From: Bacillales bacterium UBA6877
GTDB lineage: Bacteria; Bacillota_I; Bacilli_A; RFN20; CAG-826
Reading direction: 5' to 3'
DNA: 64,000 bases
Assembly: GCA_002451465.1 (NCBI GenBank)
Contig: DKCJ01000006.1
Location: 10,373 to 74,372 of the forward strand
In this document: positions 56,879 to 64,000 of the stretch, piece after piece
Layout of the letters: each line of letters begins with the position of its first letter
How positions within the stretch are numbered: the stretch's first letter is position 1
Position numbers and translations under genes: made by a program
The notes under the pieces: generated by a model
What the model was told of the DNA's origin: nothing
Databases searched by the model: none
The model's input: the letters and a program-made list of their open reading frames with translations, nothing else

Positions 56879-59320
56879 TTATTTTTTATCAATATCTTTG
56901 GCTAAAGAAATTGTTTTTATTGGTGTGGTAAAGTTTTTTATACCTTTAATCAAGTGCCAATTCGCTAAATTCATCATACCTTCTACAAAATTATATGGGC
57001 AAGAATTGCCAGCCGACATCGACATTGTAATTAAAGAGTTATTTTCTAATATTCTTTTTAAGAAAAAGGATCCTTTTAATTTATTGTCTTTTTCTTGTCC
57101 TTCAGGTAATTTTTTAGCAGCTTTTTCTTCTTTCTTTTGAACACTTAATATGGCATTAAATAATATTTTTCCAAAAAAAGTATAATTTAAATCATAAAAG
57201 CGACTTTCTAAAGTAATTGGTTTCTTTTTCTTTAACATAGGAATTTTTAACCCGCTCATTTCTTCAAATGTTTCATCACTTATCTTTTCTAAAGAATCTA
57301 AATATAATTTTTCAACATTTTTAGAATATGGGGAAGGTAAATTTTCACCATCAATGTTAATTTTAATTCTTTCTTTAGGTGTCAAGCAATCTGTAGAGGC
57401 CTCAAATTCATAAATTCCACTTACAAGAACAAATCTATTTTCTTTTATATCCCAATATCTTAGATCATTTTTATTAATTTTAATTGTAATATTCTTTTTT
57501 TCATTTGGTTTTAAATACACTTTTTTAAAACCTTTCAATTCTTTAAGAGGTCTAAAAACCGTATTTGGAGCTTTAACATAAATTTCTACAACTTCTCCAC
57601 CATATACTTTTCCAATATTTTGAACGTCTAATGAAAGTAAAATTTCATCATTGCTATTCTCTATTTTTAAATTAGAGTAACTAAATTTAGTATAGGAAAG
57701 TCCATATCCAAATGGGAAAAGTATTTTTTCAGGCTGTTTTAAAAAATATCTATAACCAACAAAAATACTTTCTTTATATACTTCGTTTTCGTTTTTAGAA
57801 AACTCTTTTCCATAAGGAATATCTTCATATTTTTTTACCCAAGTTTCTGCTAATTTCCCAGATGGATTTGTCTTACCAAACAACAACGAATATGTGGCTT
57901 CTCCACCAGTTTCTCCTGGTAAATACATATTTAATATTGCATTAATATTATCAATAAATGGGAGTTCTACTGGAGAACCTAAAAATAAAACTAAAATAAT
58001 TTTTTTATTGTGTTTTATAAGTGCATTTATTAAATCAATCTGATTTTTTGGGAGAAGCATATTATCTCTATCTGAACCCTCGGATTCATAATAATCAGTT
58101 AATCCAGCAAAAAGTAATACTTTATCAAAATTATTTGATTTATTAATAGCTTCATCAATGAGTTTTTGATTTGTCTCAATTTTATTTTCTTCATAACCTT
58201 TTGCATATCTATATTTAACTTTATGATCATCAAAAGCCATTTTTGGAGAAATATAAATTGCAGGATTAATCATAGAACTACCCGCTCCTTGATAACGCAT
58301 TTTTGTAAAAAGATCGCCAATTACTAGGTATTCTTCTTCGTTTTTTAAAGGTAACAATCCATCATTTTTTAGCAAAACAGCAGAATCTTCAGCGATTTTA
58401 CAAGCAAGTTGTGCATGTTTTTTAAAATCAACATGGTCAACTTTTTCTTTGTTTTTATGTTTAGAAACTAATTTTAAAACATTATAAACAGCTTCGTTTA
58501 AAGTATCGATTTTAATTTTATTATTGTTTATACCATCATAAATCCATTTTCTACAAATCGCTGTATCGCCAGGCATCTCAAGATCTAAACCAGCTTTAAG
58601 CATTGATAATCGGTCATGTGTTGCGCCCCAATCAGTCATTACTAACCCATCAAATCCCCATTCATTACGTAAAATATCCTTTAATAAAGTTCTATTTTGT
58701 GAACAGTATGTACCATTAATTTTATTATAAGAACACATTATAGTTTCTGGTTTAGCTTCTTTAACTATCATTTCAAAAGGCTTTAAATAAATTTCTCTTA
58801 TAGCTCTATTATCAGCAATTGAATTGCCTAAAAAACGATAATTTTCAGCATTATTTAATGCAAAATGTTTACAAGAAACGCCTATTTTTTTGCTTTGAAC
58901 GCCTTTTACTTCACTAATACCCATTTTTCCTGAAAGATAAGGATCTTCAGAAAAATATTCAAAGTTTCTACCAGCTAACGGATTTCTTTTAATATTCACT
59001 CCTGGTCCTAAAATAATATCAACACCGTATAATTTGGCCTCTTCTGCCATAGCTTTTCCCATCATATAGAGATTATTCTCATTCCAACTAGAAGCTGTTG
59101 ATGCAGCAGTTGGAAAAGATGTTGCAATTTCACTATTTGATACACCATTATCCCCACTTCCAATTTGTACACGTAGTCCATGAGGTCCATCAGACATTCT
59201 AAGCGACTCAATATTTAGTCTAGGGATTGAATTCGTGTACATAAAATTAGTTCCAGCTACTAAAGCTATTTTTTCTTCTAATGTTAATTCATTTAATATA
59301 TTTAAAATCTTTTTATCCAT
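56879..59320 (-). CDS. Beta-glucosidase, GH3
   Basis: [33 protein letters not shown] and the nucleophile region GLVMTDWGA. Includes an FnIII-like domain and a ~120-aa C-terminal extension. Confidence 0.9.
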   Translation of the reverse strand: MDKKILNILNELTLEEKIALVAGTNFMYTNSIPRLNIESLRMSDGPHGLRVQIGSGDNGVSNSEIATSFPTAASTASSWNENNLYMMGKAMAEEAKLYGVDIILGPGVNIKRNPLAGRNFEYFSEDPYLSGKMGISEVKGVQSKKIGVSCKHFALNNAENYRFLGNSIADNRAIREIYLKPFEMIVKEAKPETIMCSYNKINGTYCSQNRTLLKDILRNEWGFDGLVMTDWGATHDRLSMLKAGLDLEMPGDTAICRKWIYDGINNNKIKIDTLNEAVYNVLKLVSKHKNKEKVDHVDFKKHAQLACKIAEDSAVLLKNDGLLPLKNEEEYLVIGDLFTKMRYQGAGSSMINPAIYISPKMAFDDHKVKYRYAKGYEENKIETNQKLIDEAINKSNNFDKVLLFAGLTDYYESEGSDRDNMLLPKNQIDLINALIKHNKKIILVLFLGSPVELPFIDNINAILNMYLPGETGGEATYSLLFGKTNPSGKLAETWVKKYEDIPYGKEFSKNENEVYKESIFVGYRYFLKQPEKILFPFGYGLSYTKFSYSNLKIENSNDEILLSLDVQNIGKVYGGEVVEIYVKAPNTVFRPLKELKGFKKVYLKPNEKKNITIKINKNDLRYWDIKENRFVLVSGIYEFEASTDCLTPKERIKINIDGENLPSPYSKNVEKLYLDSLEKISDETFEEMSGLKIPMLKKKKPITLESRFYDLNYTFFGKILFNAILSVQKKEEKAAKKLPEGQEKDNKLKGSFFLKRILENNSLITMSMSAGNSCPYNFVEGMMNLANWHLIKGIKNFTTPIKTISLAKDIDKK

Positions 59321-59356
59321 ACTATATTTACCATTTTGCTTTATTTAATCACAAAA

Positions 59357-59370
59357 TGTAAGCGCTTTCT
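59357..59370. promoter_or_regulatory. Catabolite-responsive element (cre, CcpA site) in the divergent GH3 / AraC promoter region
   Basis: aTGTAAGCGCTTTCT fits WTGNAANCGNWNNCW at every constrained position. It lies 37 nt upstream of the GH3 start and 40 nt upstream of the araC-like start. Confidence 0.55.
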
Positions 59371-59409
59371 TGCATAATTGTTTGTTTTTTATTAAAATTG
59401 TTTTATGTT

Positions 59410-60612
59410 ATGAAAAAAGAAGATTTATTTTATTTATGTAAAATGATTGGAAGTTTAATGGGCGAGCCAATAAGACTCTATGAAAATGATAGAGAAATAT
59501 TCTTCCATTCCTTAGTTAATCTAGTTAAAGACCCAATAAAACCATATGAAAAAGAAATTTTAAAAATAAATGAACATATAAGTTATTTTATTGCCTCCAA
59601 TTTTTTCTATTATGGGGTTTTAAATTTTAATAATTACAAAATTATTATTGGTCCTTCTATTCAAAAAGAAATGACCGATAAAGAACTTAAAGAACTTGCT
59701 TTTGAAACTGACGTTCCAATAGAAGAAATTGATACATATATTTATTCATTAAAAAATCTAGTTTCTATACCTTTGCCATCATTACTTCAAATTTTATGTG
59801 TAATTAATTTCGCTTTAAATAATGAAAAATTATCTATTTATGATCTTTCAATATACGATGATGAACAACTAAAATTATCTAAACAAATAGAGAAAGAAAA
59901 AATTGATTATAACGAAGATAAATATATTAACCGGTGTATTAATAAGATACATAACACTTTAGACGTTGAATACAAACTTTTAAGTTATATTAGACATGGC
60001 GATGTTGAAGCTTTAAATAATTGGATCAAAAATGCTCCGGCAGTTACGCCAGGAATATTATCTAATGACTCAATAAGACAAGCGAAAAACATGTTTATTG
60101 TAACTACAACTTTAATTTCAAGAGAAGCTATTAGAAGTGGAATAGAGCCAAATGAAGCTTTATCTTACTCAGATGCCTATATTCAAAAATGTGAACTCTT
60201 AAATTCTCTTGAAAATATTACCAATCTTCAATTTCATATGATTTTAGATTACGCAACAAGAATAAAAAGATTACGTTTAGGGGATAACCCTTCTAAACTA
60301 GTTATTGATATTGCAAATTATGTGCAAAAACATATTTCTGAACCTATTGAAATTAATAAATTAGCTAAAGAAATTTATTTAAATAGAACCTATCTTGCTA
60401 CAAAGTTTAAAAAAGAAACTAATAAAACTTTAACCGAATATATTTTGAATGAAAAAATTGAAGAAAGTAAAAGATTTTTAATTTATTCCGATAAATCACT
60501 TTCTTCGATTGCAAATTATCTTGGTTTTTCTTCTCAATCTCACTATACAAATGTCTTTAAAAAAATTACGAAAATAAGTCCTAATGAATATCGAATAAAA
60601 TATAAAAAATAA
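59410..60612 (+). CDS. AraC-family transcriptional regulator
   Basis: C-terminal double HTH ...YLATKFKKETNKTLTEYILNEKIEESKRFLIYSDKSLSSIANYLGFSSQSHYTNVFKKITKISPNEYR. Start taken at ATG 59410. Confidence 0.85.
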   Translation: MKKEDLFYLCKMIGSLMGEPIRLYENDREIFFHSLVNLVKDPIKPYEKEILKINEHISYFIASNFFYYGVLNFNNYKIIIGPSIQKEMTDKELKELAFETDVPIEEIDTYIYSLKNLVSIPLPSLLQILCVINFALNNEKLSIYDLSIYDDEQLKLSKQIEKEKIDYNEDKYINRCINKIHNTLDVEYKLLSYIRHGDVEALNNWIKNAPAVTPGILSNDSIRQAKNMFIVTTTLISREAIRSGIEPNEALSYSDAYIQKCELLNSLENITNLQFHMILDYATRIKRLRLGDNPSKLVIDIANYVQKHISEPIEINKLAKEIYLNRTYLATKFKKETNKTLTEYILNEKIEESKRFLIYSDKSLSSIANYLGFSSQSHYTNVFKKITKISPNEYRIKYKK

Positions 60613-60682
60613 ATTTATTTTTACCGAAGAATAGCGTTTATTTTTCTTTTTGTTTATAATTTTAATGATTATGATTACAAAT

Positions 60683-61429
60683 ATGTTTACCAAAGAACGA
60701 TTTAAAATAATTGAGGAATATTTAAAGAAAAACTCAAGAGCTACTGTTGAAGAACTTGCAAATCTTTTATTTGTCTCAAAAGCAACAGTCAGAAGAGATT
60801 TAACCGAAATGGAAAAATTAGGACAAATTAAAAGAACTCATGGTGGCGCAATTTATAATAATCAAGATGAACTAAATATTTTTGTCCGCATAGAAAATAA
60901 TTCAAAAGACAAAGAAGAAACCGCAAAAATAGCCTTAAAAAACATCCCTCAATTTAATACAGCTTTTGTTGACAATTCTTCAACATGTCTTGCTTTACTT
61001 AGTTTAATGGATCTTGATAATAAAACAATCGTGACAAATGGTTTTCAGCTTGCAGCTATGCTCGATAAGAAAAAAGGAGCAAAAGTCATCTTTCTTGGTG
61101 GACAAGTATTATATTCTTCATTCTCTACAACCGGATATTTTGCAATTAATACGATAAATCAATTACATTTTGATTTATTTTTATCTTCTTGCGCTGGACT
61201 AAATGAAAATGGTACTTATGAACAAACTCTTGAAACAATGGAGTTAAAAAAACTCGCATATTTTAAAAGCGACACTAAAATTCTATTAGTTGATAAAACT
61301 AAATTTGATCACATCTTTACATATAAAACAAATTTATTAAATGACTATAACTTAATTATTACTAATGCAAGTGATGAAAGCATTAAGGATTATAAAAAAT
61401 TGTTAGACAATAAGATAATCAATAGTTAA
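60683..61429 (+). CDS. DeoR-family transcriptional regulator (likely rhamnose regulon)
   Basis: KERFKIIEEYLKKNSRATVEELANLLFVSKATVRRDLTEMEKLGQIKRTHGGA plus a DeoR C-terminal sensor domain. Start taken at ATG 60683. Confidence 0.85.
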   Translation: MFTKERFKIIEEYLKKNSRATVEELANLLFVSKATVRRDLTEMEKLGQIKRTHGGAIYNNQDELNIFVRIENNSKDKEETAKIALKNIPQFNTAFVDNSSTCLALLSLMDLDNKTIVTNGFQLAAMLDKKKGAKVIFLGGQVLYSSFSTTGYFAINTINQLHFDLFLSSCAGLNENGTYEQTLETMELKKLAYFKSDTKILLVDKTKFDHIFTYKTNLLNDYNLIITNASDESIKDYKKLLDNKIINS

Positions 61430-61439
61430 CTTTAAACAA

Positions 61440-61469
61440 AAATGTTTCCGATTAAACGGAAACATTTTT
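61440..61469. terminator. Bidirectional terminator between the deoR-like gene and rhaD
   Basis: AAATGTTTCCG (61440-61450), loop ATTAAA, CGGAAACATTT (61457-61467), flanked by A/T runs. Confidence 0.75.
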
Positions 61470-61471
61470 AA

Positions 61472-62317
61472 TTATTCTTTAACTGATAAAAAGTCCCAAC
61501 GAACAACTTTTTCAAGCTTAAATATATGTATTAATTTAGCCATATCCTCATCACTAATATTATTTATGATTGGTCGGTTACCAATTATATTATATATAGT
61601 TGCCGCTTTTTCAACAGTTTCAATTAATCCAAACGCTTCATCAAGAGTTTTTCCAGCACCATAAATACCATGGTTTGTCCATAAAACTATACGGAAATCC
61701 CTCATTTTCTTAGAAGTTGCAACTCCTATTTCATCCGTCCCACAAAGCATCCAAGGCAAAACACCTACTCCTTCTGGGAAAACAACAATACATTCGGTAG
61801 ACATAGTCCATAATGTATGTGAAAAACTTTTTTCATCAAGTGGATGAATATAGGTCATCGCTAAAATATTTGTTGGATGAGTATGCATAACCACTCGATT
61901 ATCCTTATCTACCTTAAGCCTTTCAATATGACTCATTAAATGAGCTGGTAGTTCGCTAGTTGGTCTACCTCCATCTTTATAACCCCACAATAACTCTAAT
62001 GTATTTCCATCCTTAGAAATTCTAAAAATACCAGCATTAGTTTCTACATCATCTTCGACATTTTTAAAATATTTTCCTGTACCTGTAACTAGAAAATATT
62101 TTCCACTTAAAGATGAGGCATCTAATGAAGATTTATTGATACCTGCAAGTGGAATTTCTCGGATTACATGGTTTAAATCCAAATATTCTTTAACTTCTTC
62201 TTCTTTTAATAAATAAGAAATATTCCCACCATTTCTTTCATCCCAACCAAGTCGGTACATATTAGAAGCGGTTTTTGCAAATTCCCTAATAAATGGAGCA
62301 GTTAATATATCTTTCAT
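61472..62317 (-). CDS. rhaD: Rhamnulose-1-phosphate aldolase
   Basis: The N-terminus ...MYRLGWDERNGGNISYLL matches RhaD (E. coli ...WLKGWDERNGGNLTLRL, from memory). Class II aldolase His cluster MHTHP. Confidence 0.85.
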   Translation of the reverse strand: MKDILTAPFIREFAKTASNMYRLGWDERNGGNISYLLKEEEVKEYLDLNHVIREIPLAGINKSSLDASSLSGKYFLVTGTGKYFKNVEDDVETNAGIFRISKDGNTLELLWGYKDGGRPTSELPAHLMSHIERLKVDKDNRVVMHTHPTNILAMTYIHPLDEKSFSHTLWTMSTECIVVFPEGVGVLPWMLCGTDEIGVATSKKMRDFRIVLWTNHGIYGAGKTLDEAFGLIETVEKAATIYNIIGNRPIINNISDEDMAKLIHIFKLEKVVRWDFLSVKE

Positions 62318-62318
62318 T

Positions 62319-63581
62319 TTATTTTCCTCTTTTACTTAATACATCTTTTTCATATTGTTTAATATCGTTATAAAAATCATCATTTAAACCTTGTCTTTTT
62401 AAATATTCTTCCCAAATATAACCAAAAGGTAATGTCTTAACTTTTTCTTGCATATACATAAGTTCAGTGAAATTAGCTTCTTCTTGTAATTTCTTCATTT
62501 TTTCATTTGGTAATAATGCCGCGTATAAAAGAGCTTTTTCAACGCTTCTTTCACCAACAACCCAAGCAAGAATTCTATTAATTGAAGCATCAAAATAATC
62601 AAGCCCAATAAGAACTTTATGATCAGCGTTGTTACGAATTATTTCTTTCGCAACTTCTTTTAATTCATCGCCAAAAATAACAACATGGTCAGAATCCCAC
62701 CTTACTGGACGAGATACATGCAAAGCGACTTTATCATAAAAACAAAGCAAAGCAGAAATTTTATCAGAAACAGTTTCAGTAGGATGATAGTGTCCCATAT
62801 CCATTAAACATGTAATTCCTCTTGTTGCTGCATAATTTTGATAAAATTCACTTGATCCAACTGTGAAGGATTCAAGACCAATGCCAAAAACCTTGCTTTC
62901 TACTGTTGGAATAACAAATTTTTTATCATAATTTTTATCACCTAAAATTTCATCAAGTGATTCTTTTAATCTCAATCTAGGAGCTAATCTATCTGCAGGA
63001 ACATCCTTATATCCATCAGGAATCCAAATATTCATCATACATGGTGAATTAAATGCTTTACCAAATTCACTAGAAATTTCTAAACATCTTTTGCCATGTT
63101 CTATCCAAAACTTTCTTGTTTCTTCATCAGGCGAAGATAACGTTAAATTATTTTTAACTTTTGAAGAAGAGAAAAATGTAGGGTTAAAATCAATACCATC
63201 TACACCAATTTCTTTGCCAAAATTTGTCCAAGTTTCAAAATATTTATATCGATATTCATCACGATTAACTTTTCCTAAATCTTCTTTTAAATCAGCATAT
63301 GAAGCATGTAAATTTAATCTTTTTTTACCAGGCATTAAAGAAAAAGCTTCTTTAATATCTTCCATAAGTTCACTTTTGTTACGAGCTCTATAAGGATAAT
63401 TTCCAGTTGCTTGAATTCCCCCACTTAAAGAGGCATTCCCTTCAAGTCCTAAAACATCATCTCCTTGCCAACAATGGACAGAAATAGGAATATTTTTTAC
63501 TCTTTCAAGAGCTTTTTCAACATCTACTCCGATGAATTCATATTCCTTTTTTGCTTTTAAATAGTTTTCATTAACACTCAT
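62319..63581 (-). CDS. rhaA: L-rhamnose isomerase
   Basis: ISVHCWQGDDVLGLE, MDMGHYHPTE and WDSDHVV blocks are typical of RhaA; 420 aa. Confidence 0.9.
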   Translation of the reverse strand: MSVNENYLKAKKEYEFIGVDVEKALERVKNIPISVHCWQGDDVLGLEGNASLSGGIQATGNYPYRARNKSELMEDIKEAFSLMPGKKRLNLHASYADLKEDLGKVNRDEYRYKYFETWTNFGKEIGVDGIDFNPTFFSSSKVKNNLTLSSPDEETRKFWIEHGKRCLEISSEFGKAFNSPCMMNIWIPDGYKDVPADRLAPRLRLKESLDEILGDKNYDKKFVIPTVESKVFGIGLESFTVGSSEFYQNYAATRGITCLMDMGHYHPTETVSDKISALLCFYDKVALHVSRPVRWDSDHVVIFGDELKEVAKEIIRNNADHKVLIGLDYFDASINRILAWVVGERSVEKALLYAALLPNEKMKKLQEEANFTELMYMQEKVKTLPFGYIWEEYLKRQGLNDDFYNDIKQYEKDVLSKRGK

Positions 63582-64000
63582 ATATTTTCTCCTTTATATC
63601 CTTTTGGATAATACATTTTTGTTTCGATCGACCTTGATATATCGTTTCTTCCTTCAACTACATCTTTAATATCTTTTAAGGCAATAAATTGAGCCATAGC
63701 ATTACCAAAAATTGTTGCTTCAGAAGAACCAATTATTACTTTCATATTACATTCATCGGCTAATAATTGATTTAGCACTTCTGCTTGATTACCTCCTCCT
63801 ACAATTACAATTGTATTGATTTTTTTAGAAGTAATTTCTTCAAGTTCTAATATAATTTGTTTATAAGTTTTAACCATTGATTTATAAATTAATTTCATAC
63901 ATTCCCCAGCGGTTTTGGGTTTTTCTTGCTTTGTTAAAGTTAAATACTTATCTAGCTTGTTTAACATATCTCCTGGCGCCTCAAAGATCGGATCATTAAC
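63578..64000 (-). CDS. rhaB: Rhamnulokinase, C-terminal part (gene continues beyond window end)
   Basis: FGGY-kinase C-terminal block IVIVGGGNQAEVLNQLLADECNMKVIIGSSEATIFGNAMAQFIAL. The frame stays open upstream of the ORF-track Met to position 64000 (VNDPIFEAPGDMLNK). Overlaps the rhaA start. Confidence 0.8.
   Translation of the reverse strand, partial: VNDPIFEAPGDMLNKLDKYLTLTKQEKPKTAGECMKLIYKSMVKTYKQIILELEEITSKKINTIVIVGGGNQAEVLNQLLADECNMKVIIGSSEATIFGNAMAQFIALKDIKDVVEGRNDISRSIETKMYYPKGYKGENI

Noticed and set aside
1-64000. Alternative genetic code (TGA=Trp, Mycoplasma-type), suggested by the AT-richness and many lipoproteins
   Set aside because: An RF2 gene with UGA-dependent frameshift autoregulation is present. 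All conserved genes are full length with TGA as stop, and several genes end in TGA (for example hypB).
1-64000. Mobile elements, CRISPR arrays and rRNA genes
   Set aside because: There are no transposase, integrase, recombinase, phage structural or cas-like ORFs. There are no regularly spaced direct repeats and no rRNA-like conserved stretches. The only repeats are the short palindromic elements reported above.

Overview
Very AT-rich chromosomal segment (judged by eye, not computed) from a low-GC Firmicutes/Mollicutes-like bacterium. Gene content resembles Acholeplasma or Erysipelotrichia, but the taxon cannot be fixed from this window. The standard genetic code applies: an RF2 gene carries the classical CTT TGA C +1 frameshift, and every conserved gene is open with TGA as stop. 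I support about 62 protein genes, one tRNA-Ala(CGC), several rho-independent terminators and a few regulatory sites. I found no rRNA, CRISPR array, transposase or integrase. Layout: (1) 1-3.2 kb holds a glycoside-uptake cluster (GH2, MFS, membrane protein) whose 5' gene ends show homopolymer frame problems. (2) 3.4-5.1 kb holds the tRNA plus a Y-family polymerase/YolD pair. (3) 5-20 kb on the minus strand is housekeeping: M29 aminopeptidase, a degenerate ThyX-like gene, folD, secG, uvrB, yitT, prfB, secA, comFA/FC, rpiB, tsaC, prmC, prfA. (4) 20-26 kb on the plus strand is the classical dnaX-ybaB-recR-tmk-holB-ricT-rsmI block. (5) 26-34 kb on the minus strand holds pyrG, rluA-like, a DUF1538 membrane protein with two P-II-like proteins, glucokinase, mntP and small membrane proteins. 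(6) 34.6-36.9 kb is an XRE / ImmA-IrrE / DUF2130 three-gene cassette with a consensus promoter and operator-like palindrome. (7) 37.7-39.4 kb is a NifU-like + GGGtGRT pair. (8) 41-45 kb is hypB, a 969-aa Fe-S flavoprotein and hypA, all translationally coupled. (9) 45.9-64 kb is one minus-strand glycan block: a 219-aa protein, a Big_2 lipoprotein, two paralogous lipoproteins, GH78 rhamnosidase, a GPH transporter with a long charged tail and GH3, followed by AraC and DeoR regulators and rhaD-rhaA-rhaB. The items I think most deserve follow-up are the hypB-X-hypA trio, the XRE-ImmA-DUF2130 cassette, the DUF1538/P-II module, the lipoprotein set next to the rhamnoside genes, and the ThyX-like and GGGtGRT genes. 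All family calls rest on motif recognition by eye; no database search was run.
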